Assembly: GCA_016748015.1 (NCBI GenBank)
Contig: JAAOMT010000151.1
Location: 248,001 to 312,000 of the forward strand
Source of the DNA: Geosiphon pyriformis uo1
Lineage: Eukaryota > Fungi > Glomeromycota
Direction of reading: 5' to 3'
DNA: 64,000 nt
Shown here: in pieces, positions 1-11,500 of the stretch
Layout: the number at the start of each line of letters is the position of its first letter
Position numbering within the stretch: the first letter of the stretch is position 1
Program-made: the position numbers and the translations under genes
Notes under the pieces: generated by a model
Databases searched by the model: none
Seen by the model: only the letters and a program-made list of their open reading frames with translations
What the model was told of the DNA's origin: nothing

Positions 1-725
1 AATAATAGAAAATAATAAGTTAAATAAATAGACAATTAAAAGTAGACATAGTAAAAAAAAACTCTTAGTAAAAATTGCAGAATTTTAGAATTTTAGAAAT
101 TTTTATAGGAAGAATTCAAAGATTTTAAGAAATATTATATAACAATAAAATTAGAAAAAAAAACAGACTAGAATTAGAGACAAAAATTTAAAACTTAGTC
201 TTTTTATTTATTTATTTTAAAAGTTAGTTTGTTATTACTTAAAATAAAATTATTTATTTATTAATTAAATTTTCAATTATTATGTAATTTATATTATTAT
301 TATTATTACTTGATTAAATTATTAATATTTTTTGTTATATTAACAACTTATGCTAATAATAATTAATACTTAATCATATTAAAACAATAACTCTTAATTA
401 TAATTATTAACAAAATACTAATTTTTAATTTTTTTTTATTTTGTTTGTTGTATTTATTTATTAAAAAAAGAGATTAAATACTAAGTTTTAATGTTAAAAA
501 TAGTTTGATAAAAAATTTGTAAAACAAGAGTGAATATTAAAAAAATAGTTTATTAAAAAAACATAATTACCAGATTAAATTAGCCATTACATTAAAGAAA
601 AAAATACACAGAAAACAATATTAATTGAATTTTTGTTTATTATATAAAAAACTTAATTAAATTTTTCAGATCACAAAAATCTTCAGAATTTATTATTATC
701 AGTATTTATTAATCAAATTACAGAT
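1..725 (+). mobile_element. Decayed LTR related to the Gypsy B/C LTRs, interrupted by the hAT element; its last ~45 bp resume at 14048-14094
   Basis: Collinear with the reverse complement of the LTR at 56854-57722 and with the solo LTR 39904-40750 (GAATT/CAGAATT repeats, 'aaaacaataactcttaattat', 'tatataaaaaacttaa...aaaaatcttcag'). The LTR end 'atttgttattt...aaataattatttataata' follows the right hAT TSD. Confidence 0.75.
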
Positions 726-1029
726 TAGAGTTCTAATGTTTGATTCAATTTAATTTAAGTTTAATTGAACCACTAAACTAAACTAAATTCAAACAGAAAA
801 TTTGGCAAAATTTCAAATTCAAACTTGAATCAGACTTAAAATTACTGAACTTGAATTAAATCTGAACACATACAACAAGTTTAATTTGAGTTTAGTTTAA
901 AGTTTATAAATATGTTTAGATTTAACTATTAAAATATTATATTATATTATATTATTATTTAATTTTTTTTTAATAATTTTTGTATTTATAATTGAAAATA
1001 CTATGCTGTTTTTATAGTTTTAAACATTA

Positions 1030-2830
1030 AGTAAAATCTCATATCTATAATTATATTTTTATCTGCAAAAAAAGTGCATTCAAAAGCAACAGATAATTCT
1101 TGAATTGCCAAATAATTATGAACTATATATACAAGATGAAAAAATTGTGTTTGATGTATCTAAATATTGAATTATTAATAAAATGTTAATTTAGATAAAT
1201 ATTTTTTGTAATATATTTTCTATTATACTATTATATTTATTTTTTTATTGGCCACTTTTTCAAAAATATAATGATCAATTTTGTCAAGTTTCTTTCTTTA
1301 TTATTGTTAAAGTTTGTCTTTAATATGAATTATATAACTAATACTATAGTATTATTAAAATTGTCATTTAACAAAAAACTGTTATTTAATGTTGGTATAA
1401 TATTCAATATGTATTTTGTTTCAAAAAAAATATGTATTCTAAAGATTTATTTATCATATAAAAGTTAAACAATAAAATTGTTTGAATAAATTAATAACTT
1501 ATAATTTTTTTGTTTTATTAATATTGTTATCTAAAAATTCTTTCTTTGTAAAATAATAGAATTTTTTTTTGGATTCAATGCAGTACAGAATATTATAGTT
1601 GTATTTGTTTTAGAGTAATATTTAACCAACTTTTTTTTGCTGTTTTAGTTATTGTAACAAGTAATAAATCTAATATTAAATATATTAAATAAATAACTAA
1701 ATAAATACAATTAAGATTATAATGGTTTATTAGATTTATTATTATTAATTGTGTTTTTAATGTAATCAAAAATGATATTAAAGAAAAAAATAATTAAGAA
1801 GGCAGTATTTTTTAAACTGGCTGATATTTTGACCATAATATTTTTAAATAATTCAAAAAATTTACCAATTTTATTAAAAACAATCCACTAATTATGTGAA
1901 ATAGCATATTAATAGAAGTTAATATAAATGCTAGTAAGAGTATTTAATGCTATAAATTTACAGTTAGAATTTTTGTATTCAAAATAAATAGAATCAGAAA
2001 TAAACAACTTATTAATTTAAAAGATAACTTATTTTTGATTATATTATAAATAAAATTCTACTAAATAGAACAATTCAGAATAAGTTTATAGTATTTAATT
2101 TGACATGCATTACAAATACATTTAAGAAGCTCAAAATGTTAAGACAAAATACAAATTATAGAGTTAAGTTTCTTAATTTTTAATTTATATAAAGTTTATA
2201 TTAAGAAAATTTTAGGTAAATATATTTGGTTTAGATTTTTAACAAATATCTTAAAAACATTATTTTTTATTTTATTTAGAACTATCTGTACTGTTAAGTT
2301 TAGAATATAATCAAAGCATTAAAATTAAAGATTCTCCAAATACTATTGAATGTTTTTTTTTTAATTTTTTTGCTAATTCTTTTATAAAAGTATTATTATT
2401 TACAGTATTATCAAGGATAATAGCAAAAAACTGTTAAAAAAAATTAGGTTATAACTAATAAAATTAATGGTAAACTCATATAAAAAGAAGATAAGTATAA
2501 CTTTTTCTTAAACTTCTTTTTTAACTTTTTTGGCTGAAAATTTGGCTTAAGACAATAATAAAAATCACTTAAGCTAATATTAAAAAAACACAGTTTTTAA
2601 TAATATGAGCACTGTAATAATTCTAAGTCTTAAATAATGTTAATGCTAAAAATTTAGCTCTGAAACAATTATGAAAACCAACTTAAGTCAATATTAAGAA
2701 AATATGATTTTTAATAATATAAGTACTATAATAACTTTAAGTCTTAGATAATACTAATATGTTGTATAGTATGCTAATCTTATTATTGGCTATTAATTAA
2801 TCCAAATTTATGCAAAAATATATATATATA
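1030..2830 (-). pseudogene. hAT transposase remnant (approximate limits)
   Basis: Manual minus-strand translation gives decayed hAT motifs in the correct order: LD*LIANN (~LDxWTS, ~2790), AIILDNTVNN (~TDNASN, ~2410), CFDYILNLTVQ (~CFAHILNLAVQ, ~2300), *NFIYNII (~WNSTYxM, ~2050), NYLAIQELSVAFECTFF (~DYLAIQATSVASERAFS dimerisation domain, ~1070-1120). Confidence 0.8.
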
Positions 2831-3790
2831 TACCTTTAATGTAATTCTATAATCTTTTAATATTTTAAAAAATTTGTTTGCAATGTTTATTCTATTATAT
2901 TGTTTATTGATTAATCCAAAATTAATTATTGTTTGTTGAAGGTTCTAATTATTATTAATATAATAAGTAATAATGAAAACAAAAACTTTGTTATTAAGAA
3001 ATATCTAAAAATCTGATGTAAAAAAAATTTTGGACTTAATAGTATTTAAATATGCTTATTATATTATAAGTATAAATAAAAAAATAGAAATATTTCATAA
3101 TAAAAATAGTGTTTACTCTTACTTAAGACATAGAGTTTTATGACTTTATTTTTAATTGTAATAACACAAACAAGTTGAAAAATAGAGTTTAAATATTGGA
3201 ATATTTTAATTAATTTAAAATTTTTTATTATAAAAAATAATTACTGGTAATTAATAAGCCAAATAATAATTATGTCATAAAGTTTTTTATTATTAATATT
3301 AATAACAGTTACTACAAAAGACTAAAGCAGTTTTTTAGTTAGATTGGTCAAAAATTATAAAAAAAAATAACAATCTTATCTGTTAAACTATTTTTTTAAT
3401 TAACTTGTAATTTTTTTGGACATTTTGTCTTTTTTTATAATATTCTTCTGTTATAACATATACTGTCTGATAAAAAGTTTCTAAATAGTACTATAAGGGT
3501 TTAATAGTGTCTGTAGTTTCACAAAAAAATAGTTTATACATATATTTTAAAACCATATATTTAGCTGTTTTTTTTTTATTTATTTAAACTTATTAAAATA
3601 GTCTTATACTTCATTCTGAAAACTATGTTTACCAAATATATTAATATTTAGACTATTTAGGTTATTAAATTCTATTATTTTGAATTTTAAATCTTTAATA
3701 ACACTGAATAATACTGACAATAAATTTATTTTGATAACTTAGAAAATAAAATTGTTATATGTACATAGTTTTATATATTTTTTTAACTAA

Positions 3791-4762
3791 TGTTACTGGA
3801 GATTTTTGGTCTCTTTTCTCAAATGTTGTAACTGTTTGTTGGTTGCAAATTCACGTTTTCTAGAAGTAGTTGAACCTCCAATAACTGAATTTATTTTCAA
3901 ATTATCTTCTATAATTTGAACTGCTGGGCTTATAAATGGAATGGCCAATTTTGTGCCAGTTGCTTTGTGTAGTTACGTTGTAGTAAATGTCAACTCTTTC
4001 CCAGGAATTGCTTGTCTGGAAGCTCACTAAAAATGTGTAGTTACTTTGCTGTGAAAGTCAACTCTTTTACAGAAATCTTGTCTGTAGGCTACCCTAATGA
4101 TTATAATAAGAAAAAAAAAAAGAAAATAAAAGAAATGTAAAAGAAATTGAATTCTGTTAAGGGAAACGTTTTCTATCCAGGCCTGGAGTCACTAACAGTT
4201 TACTGAAATTGGTAGCTAATCAATTTCGAAATGTTAGTTGGGTTTTGGGGATTTTCCAAGTGCAATAATTAAAGAATTTAGTTTTTCAAATTATTTGATA
4301 TTTATTTCTTTCTGTGTGTATAGGAATGGTTCTAAGTAATAAATCTAAAGTAAAATACATTTTCTTGAAGAAAAAAGCTTTTCTTTTATACAACTTGTTG
4401 TAGTACTAATCTATGAACTTGCACTTTTTCTTTTTGCTCAAATTTCAGTAAACTAAAGATACATTTTGATGAACTACAAGTTATTTCGCTAAACTATTGA
4501 TTAATTTGGGTGAACTATTCATAATTTCGGCGAATTTCTGTAAATTTCGGCGAATTTTAGAATGTTACAAAGTTCAGAGTATTGTGTAATTTGATTATTC
4601 TACTTTCTGTTCTACTAATTAGATTATTTTAATTAAATTGTGATATGTGATAATTGATTAAATAATAAATGATAATTTGAAATGATATTAATATACTAAT
4701 TAATTATAGGAATTATAAGAGTAATTTCATGTTAATTAATAGCTAAAATTCTACTGGTAACA
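3791..4762 (-). repeat. 3' LTR of Gypsy A (972 bp)
   Basis: Direct repeat of 12680-13788; TGTTAC/GTAACA ends. Confidence 0.95.
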
Positions 4763-4776
4763 TAATCTCCTCCTCA
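4763..4776 (-). other. Polypurine tract of Gypsy A
   Basis: Minus strand TGAGGAGGAGATTA immediately before the 3' LTR. Confidence 0.85.
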
Positions 4777-4796
4777 AAACTGAGCTCCATTGAAGT

Positions 4797-5408
4797 TCAA
4801 GCACTATCTGTAATATTGAGATAGTGATCCAAAATAATTGAAGTAATCTGGTTTGAAAATTGTTGAAATTTCAGTTTTGTGAGCTTGCCAATGTATTGGA
4901 CTTTTATTGGTTGCAGTATTGGATTTTGTAGAATATTTTCACAAGTATTAAACAAATCATAGAGTCTAAAAGCTGCTCTAAGTTTGTAGCAAGTGTTTGT
5001 TGGTCCAGCTGCTGTTTTGAATTCATTGTGAATTTGTTTTTGTATAGCTTCAAGAGTGAGATTTGTTGCTTCAAGTTCCAGTTTTCGTTCATAAAGTGTC
5101 TTTTCAATGTGAAAATATTTATAGATAGAGGTGTGTTCATTGTTCTGTTTATTGAGAAGTGATAGAAGTTTTTGTTGCATTGTAGTATTTGGTAGAATGT
5201 CAATAGGGACAATTAAAAGATTTTCTTCCAGTGCTTGCTTCAAAAGTCTTGGTAACCTATTTTCAAAGTGACTTCTTGTTTTTTTTCTATAGAGATGATA
5301 GTTCTGTAAATGATTTGCTACTGGGGCTGTGGTTTCCTTCTGAATGTAATTAATTTGACTTCCATTAATCGTTATAGATAAGTCAGGAAGTGTTTTCAAG
5401 GCTAACAT
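4797..5408 (-). CDS. Gypsy A accessory ORF3 (203 aa, unknown function, env position, no TM segment or signal peptide)
   Basis: Open ATG ORF between the integrase stop (5586) and the PPT. Homologous to ORF3 of element B (YIGKLTKLKFQQFSNQITSIIL vs QLGKITKAQFEELQTQITQVIL). Confidence 0.75.
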   Translation of the reverse strand: MLALKTLPDLSITINGSQINYIQKETTAPVANHLQNYHLYRKKTRSHFENRLPRLLKQALEENLLIVPIDILPNTTMQQKLLSLLNKQNNEHTSIYKYFHIEKTLYERKLELEATNLTLEAIQKQIHNEFKTAAGPTNTCYKLRAAFRLYDLFNTCENILQNPILQPIKVQYIGKLTKLKFQQFSNQITSIILDHYLNITDSA

Positions 5409-5585
5409 TAACTTTTGGAATATTTTTTGAATATTTCGAGGAATAATTATGATAAAATTGACTAATTATGAAAAGAGAGAATAAAGAAAATTATTTTTGG
5501 AATATGGGGTTTTTTATTTGTTTTTGGGTTTGGGTGTTTTTGTAATTTATTTACTATTTTTTTCTTTGTGTTTTTATTGTAAAAT

Positions 5586-8500
5586 TTAAGTGTTCAAGTT
5601 TGGTTGTTGTTCTATTATAATTATTGGTTCTAAATTTCGGGGAATATCTTCAGGATTAATTAAAGGGGAATGTGTACCAATTTGTGGAATTAATGGTTCA
5701 GGATTGTTTCTGGAATGATAGTGTTTTAATCTGTCTCTATGTGGAACTTTTGCTAGTATTTTGTCATCAAGTCTTAACTTGTATGATCTATTGTCTAGAA
5801 TTTCGTGAATATAAAATAGTCCATCCCATTTGTTTTCAAATTTCCCACTCCATTGTTTTTCAGCCTTAGTTCTGTGTAAAAGAACTTTATTTCCAACTTT
5901 AAATTCATTGGTAATAGGTGGTAATTTGTTGTCATGTCTTTCTTTTTGTTAAGCTTGGAAATGTTCAATATAAGTTGCTGCTATTTTTCTTTTTTCTTCC
6001 AGTGTACTAAGAAGAGTGTAGGCTTTTCTTTGGAGTGTTTCTTGAAAGTTTTCTTCATTAATTGGTTGTACTGGGTATGTTTCTACTGTGAAGTTAATTG
6101 GTAATGTTGCTGTCCTTCCATAAGTAAGATCAAATGGTGTGTGTTTCATAATATTTTGTTTTAGTGTTCTGTATGCTAATAACACTGATAGAATAAAGAT
6201 ATCCCATTCCTGCTCAAAGTCTGTTGAGACTTTGGCTAGAGATTCACACAATGTTCTGTTGAAACGTTCTACAAGTTCATTTGTTTGAGGGTGATAAGAT
6301 AATAATAGAGATCTTTTGACATTGAATTATTCACAAATTTCTTGTATTAAGTTGTTTACAAAATGTGTTCCTTGATCAGATAAAAGTTCAATTGGGCATC
6401 CATGTTTACAAATAATGTCTTCATAGATGAAATTTGCTACTGATTTTACATCTGCTCTTTGGATGGCTCTAGCTTCAGACCATTTGGTAAGATAATCTAC
6501 TGCAACTACAATATAATGATTTCCTTGGGTTGTGATAGATAATGGTCCGACTAAATCAATTCCAACTCTGTCAAAAGGTTGTCCAACTTTGATTGGATTT
6601 AAAGGTTCTGTGGGGCGAGTTCCTCTTCTTCTTTGACAACTATCACAAAATTTTATATATTGTTGGATGTCTTTTTGCATGTGAGGCCAAAAATAATGTT
6701 CAAGAGTTCTTTGAATTGTTTCATCTCTTCCCAAGTGTGCTGAAGAAGAATCTGTGTGCATGTTGTATAGAATTGTTTCTTTTTCATTTTCCTGTACTAA
6801 TCTGAGTGGTTGGTTTGGGTTTTTACAATTTTTGTAATATATTTTGTTATGGTGTATAAAATATTGTTTGGATTGGTATTGTAATTAATGTTTTTTACTT
6901 GAAAACCAATTTTCCAGCATGGTGAGAGTCTCCAAATAGTTTTTGATGTTGTTGTAGTTTTCTCAATCTATTGTTGTTGATCTTGTTGTTTGTTCTGCTG
7001 TTAAGTTTGTTGGTGTTTTGTTGGTGTTGATATTAGTATTAATATTGTCTCATTCTTGAGAGGCTATCAACATTGGTGTGTAGTTTTCCTGGTTTGTGAT
7101 GTACAATGTATCTGTAGTCTGCTAGGAAGTTATTCTATTAAGACTGTTTGGCACTTTGTTCAGTTTTTTTTTTATTAAGCCATTTGAGGCCAATATTGTC
7201 AGTTATTATGTCAAATTTTTTTCTATTCTTCAGGTATTGTTGAAAATGTTTAAGAGCCCAGATGACTGCAGTGGCTTCCAATTCAGTTGAGTCATATTTG
7301 AATTCTGTTGGCTTGAGTGTTCTACTGGCATAGGCAATGACTTGTTCCTGGCCATTTTTATTCAATTGTGATAAGATGGCACCAAATGCTATGTGTGAAG
7401 CATCAGTTGCTAATTGGAATCGTTTGTTGAAGTCTGGGTAAGCAAGAACTGGGGCTGTTGTCAATTTTGTTTTGAGAGTTTCAAAAGCTTTTTGTTGTTC
7501 TTTAGTCAATTTGTATGGTACATTTTTGTTGGTAAAATAATTGAGTGATTTGGCAATTTCTGAAAATTTTTTTATGAATTTTTGATAGTAAGAGGCTAAT
7601 CCTACAAATCCTCTTAGTTCTGTAGTATTTCTGGGGGTTTGAAAGTTTTTGACAGCACTAATTGTTTCTGGATTTGGTTTGACTCCATTTTTACTAATTA
7701 TGTGTCCAAGAAAAATCAAGCTTGTTTTTTCAAAGTAACATTTCTCAATGTTTAACTTTAATCCTGCTTTCCGTAATTGTTGAAAAACTTCTTGCAGGTG
7801 AATGAAATAAGCTTCAAAGCTTGGTGAGTATACATTAGTATTATCAAGATAGACAACTACTAATTGCCACAAGAATCTTTCATATACCACATCCATGAGT
7901 CGCTGGAATGTTGCTAGTGTATTGCAGAGTTCAAAAGGCATAACATTAAACTCATAGTTTCCTTCTTGGGTGGTAAATGCTGTTTTGGGTTGGTCTTTTG
8001 GGTCCATTTCGACTTGTCAGTATCCACTTTCCAAGTCTAAAGTTGAGAAGAACTTGGCTTTTCCTAGAGCATCTAGCATGTCATCAATTTTTGGAAGAGG
8101 ATAGGCATCTCCAATTGTCACACTGTTTAATTGGCGATAGTCAACACAAAATCTGATTTTTCTATTTTTCTTTTTGACCAAAACTTCTTAATGGTTGAAT
8201 CAATCTGTTATTGAACATTCTCTGAACTTCTTCTTTGATGAATTGGTGAGCCAGTGGCACTCTGTAAGCTTGCTGTCGTTTTGGTGAAGCATTTTTTATA
8301 TGGATCTGATGTTGAATCATATCTGTTTTTTCCAGGTCATTGTTGTCTTTTGCAAATATATCTGCAAATTTAGCTATCAATTGTTTTAATTGTCTTTGTT
8401 GTTGAGATTCTAAGGGACCCATGTTGATTCGAGAGAGTTTTTCTTCCAAAAAATGGTAGTTTTCAGTAGTGGAAATAATATTTGGATTTGGGAGTAGAGT

Positions 8501-11500
8501 GTGTCTTACAATTTCGATGAAATTAAAGACAATTTGAGGGTTTTCATCTTGAAAAATATTGCTGTATATGATTCTAATCTCTAGTTTGTTTAATAAGACA
8601 ATAGGGTAATTATTGGGATTATAGAATATAATTCGAAATTTTTTCATTCCTTTGGGAATATAAACGTTTGGAATTGAGATTTCATGCTTCAAACAGATTT
8701 GTTCATTGGATTCAAAGATTTGTTGTGTAGTGGTGGGTTTTGAGCAAGTGTAAATTTCGTGATGTTCTTCAAAAAGTAAAATAGTAATTGGCTGGGGAAG
8801 TTGAAGAATCTGGTGAGATTTATTTTGTGTATTAAAAGCTATGTTTACTGGAACTGTAAATTGTTCAGTTGAACCAAAACCTTGAGTTCCTCTTTCACTT
8901 TTTCCTAATTGTTCTCTGTTATTTACTGATTGTAATCCCGAAATGTTGATTAAGAGTAAGTAAATTGCTTGAGCAATTTTTTCAGCATGTTCAATTTTGA
9001 ATGGTTTGTCTGTTTCATTCTGTAACATAATGGTAATGTCTTCAGTGTATCCTGCATCTATAACTCCTCCTCTAATATTGATTTTTTTGCTTGACAATGA
9101 TGATCTGGAGGCAATTTGAACCATTGCTCCTGGTAAAATTTCAAGAGCAATTTTGAGATTGATTTTTGTCAAGGACTTTGGTTAAAGAACCAAAGTATCT
9201 TTTCCTGGATATCTTAGGTCATATCCAGCATCAATTTCGTGTACTTTTTCTGGTCTGATTCCTTGGCCATGGTTGTCAAAATATTTAAGTTGTAAAGGTG
9301 GTTGCTTTTCAAGAAGATAGATAGGAGTGGTTAGTAGTTTTTTTACTAGTTCAGATACTCCAAATTCGATTTCATTTTCATTATTCTCATCTGGCAGAGG
9401 AATGCTAAGAGCATAACATTCTAAACACCATTGGTTATCACAAGGCATAACACATTCTTCACACAATTGAATGTTCATTTGCTCTAATCATTGAATTTGA
9501 GCTTTTTTGGTCAGATATATATGGCTTGCAATTTGGTGGTAGATTTCTACTTTATCTTCATAATCAAATCCAGCTAATTCTATGGTATACTCAATATATT
9601 CAACTTCTTTCATTTGGCAAATATCTTCTTGGGTGGCTCCATTGATCAATGCCATTGCTAAGTCAAAAATCATTTCAGCATTATGAGAGTAGTGGTAAAG
9701 TTTATTGAGAGCACTGTTGTATGCTGCATCAAATGGTGTTCCTCTTCTGACTTTTTCCGAAATTGATAAAGCATATTGACAGGTTTGATCACATACTCCT
9801 CCTCTCATTGCTACATCAATCCAATTGCATTCTTCTGGTAGTATTTCTCCACATGTAAGACAAGGTGTGTTGTCCCATTTTCCACTTCTTTTTGGATATC
9901 CAAATCGTTCTTTATGGCATGCTTTGCAAAAGTAACAGGTACGAGTTTTATATTCCTCTTCTGGAGAAATATATGCTCCCATTGATAAAAGTTTTTTGTT
10001 GCAATCTTTGCATTTGAGTGGAATATAGGGTGGTTGTTTCCATGGTTTTAGTGTAGAATATCTAACTTTCTTCCATCCTCTTGATTCTTCAAAAATCTCT
10101 TGTTCTGTTTTCTCAGCCCAATTGGATGGTGATCTAAAAGCCATGTAGGTTTTAGTAGGTGGCATTTCTTTCTCCTCTTCAAATTCAAATACTGGGGCTT
10201 TTTCTGATCATTTGTTAAAGGTACCACAGGTTGCAGGTACTATGATATATTGTTCTTGATATAAGATTTTAAGTTCTTGAGTTTCCCAGTTCAGGTTTGC
10301 ATTGGCCTTGAGAAGCCAATTATTTCTGACTAAAGCTTGGTATTGAAATGCATCCATAACAAGAACTTTAACTGGAATGGTAATTCCATTAATTGTAAAG
10401 GGGAAATCATCAATTTCTCCTACTGGAGTCTTCTTCATACCATCAGCTGTGACAATAACCATTCGAGCTGGTCTGTTTACATTTCATTTGAGTTGTTGCA
10501 TCAGCTGGTAAGTGATGATACTTCCAGCCGATCCATTATCTAAGATTAAGCGAATGGGTTTTCCTTCCACTGTAGCTTCTGTGTACATAGCAGTAATTGC
10601 TTTCTGTTCATTGACTGCTGCATTACTAAGCAGAAATGGTGATTTATTTGCTTCAAATTCAAATGGAAATATATCTGACAGATTGGCATTTTAGGCAATT
10701 TGAGCTGGTAGAATGGTGTGGTTGAAAGGGTTTGATCTTGGTGTTGTAACTTTACTTTCAGAAAGTGCAGTTTGTTAAAAATCCGATTCCTTTGATATTG
10801 TAAGATAACTGGGTTGAGTATAATAGTGATTGGGTCTTTGCTGACCAGAATTTCAGGGAACCAACTGGTTATTTGGATTGATTCTGTTGTGGTTACTCTG
10901 CAATTGATTTTGGGGTGTGAATTGGTTATGTTGAACCAATCTTCTTGCTGGTACTTGATATTGTTGAGTGGGTGGTGTCTGATATGGCTGAATTGGTAAA
11001 GGTTGCTGATATTGTTGCTGCATTGGTTGTGGAGCTGGTGGATAGTAACTGTTTTGATTTTGTGGTCTTGGTGAATAATAGGTTGGTGGTGAAGATTGGT
11101 AATAGGATTGTTGTGGTAAAAAGTAATATTGATTACTCCTGTTTTGTTGGTCTCTTTGTAATTTCCTACAATCTTGTTTCCAGTGTCCTGGAATTCCACA
11201 ATAATGACAATTTTGAGATTGGTTGTTGGATGGTGATCCAAAATTATTTTGGTTGTGTTATTGTGGGGGTTGATATCTTTGTGGTTATTGTTGCTGTTGT
11301 TGTTGGTTTGTGAAGTAGCTTTTAACCTTTTTTGTGAGTTGGTCTATCTTCTTTTCAGCTGCTGAGCTGGTTTCTCCAATTGCAAGGTTTACAAGCTTGG
11401 TGTGATTTGCTTCTTCCATTGCCATTTTATAGCTCTTTGTATGTCTAATAGCAGTTGCTAAGTCTGCTGAAACATGTGGATGGACTTTCTTAATCAGTTT

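Noticed and set aside
1271-1468. Short AT-rich ORFs (also 45031-45213, 45612-45803, 60376-60585)
   Set aside because: I/L/F/K/N-biased chance or antisense frames in decayed repeat DNA.
2595-2760. ~50-bp direct repeat (2595-2645 / 2710-2760) inside the hAT
   Set aside because: Local duplication in a dead transposase with no evidence of function.
4797-5408. ORF3 as a retroviral envelope gene
   Set aside because: No signal peptide, transmembrane segment, furin/fusion motif or Cys pattern, and it is too short.
10546-11313. Overlapping ORFs 10546-11241 (-) and 10945-11313 (+) as extra genes
   Set aside because: Alternative and antisense frames of the low-complexity Gln/Pro/Asn-rich Gag region; no conserved counterpart in element B.
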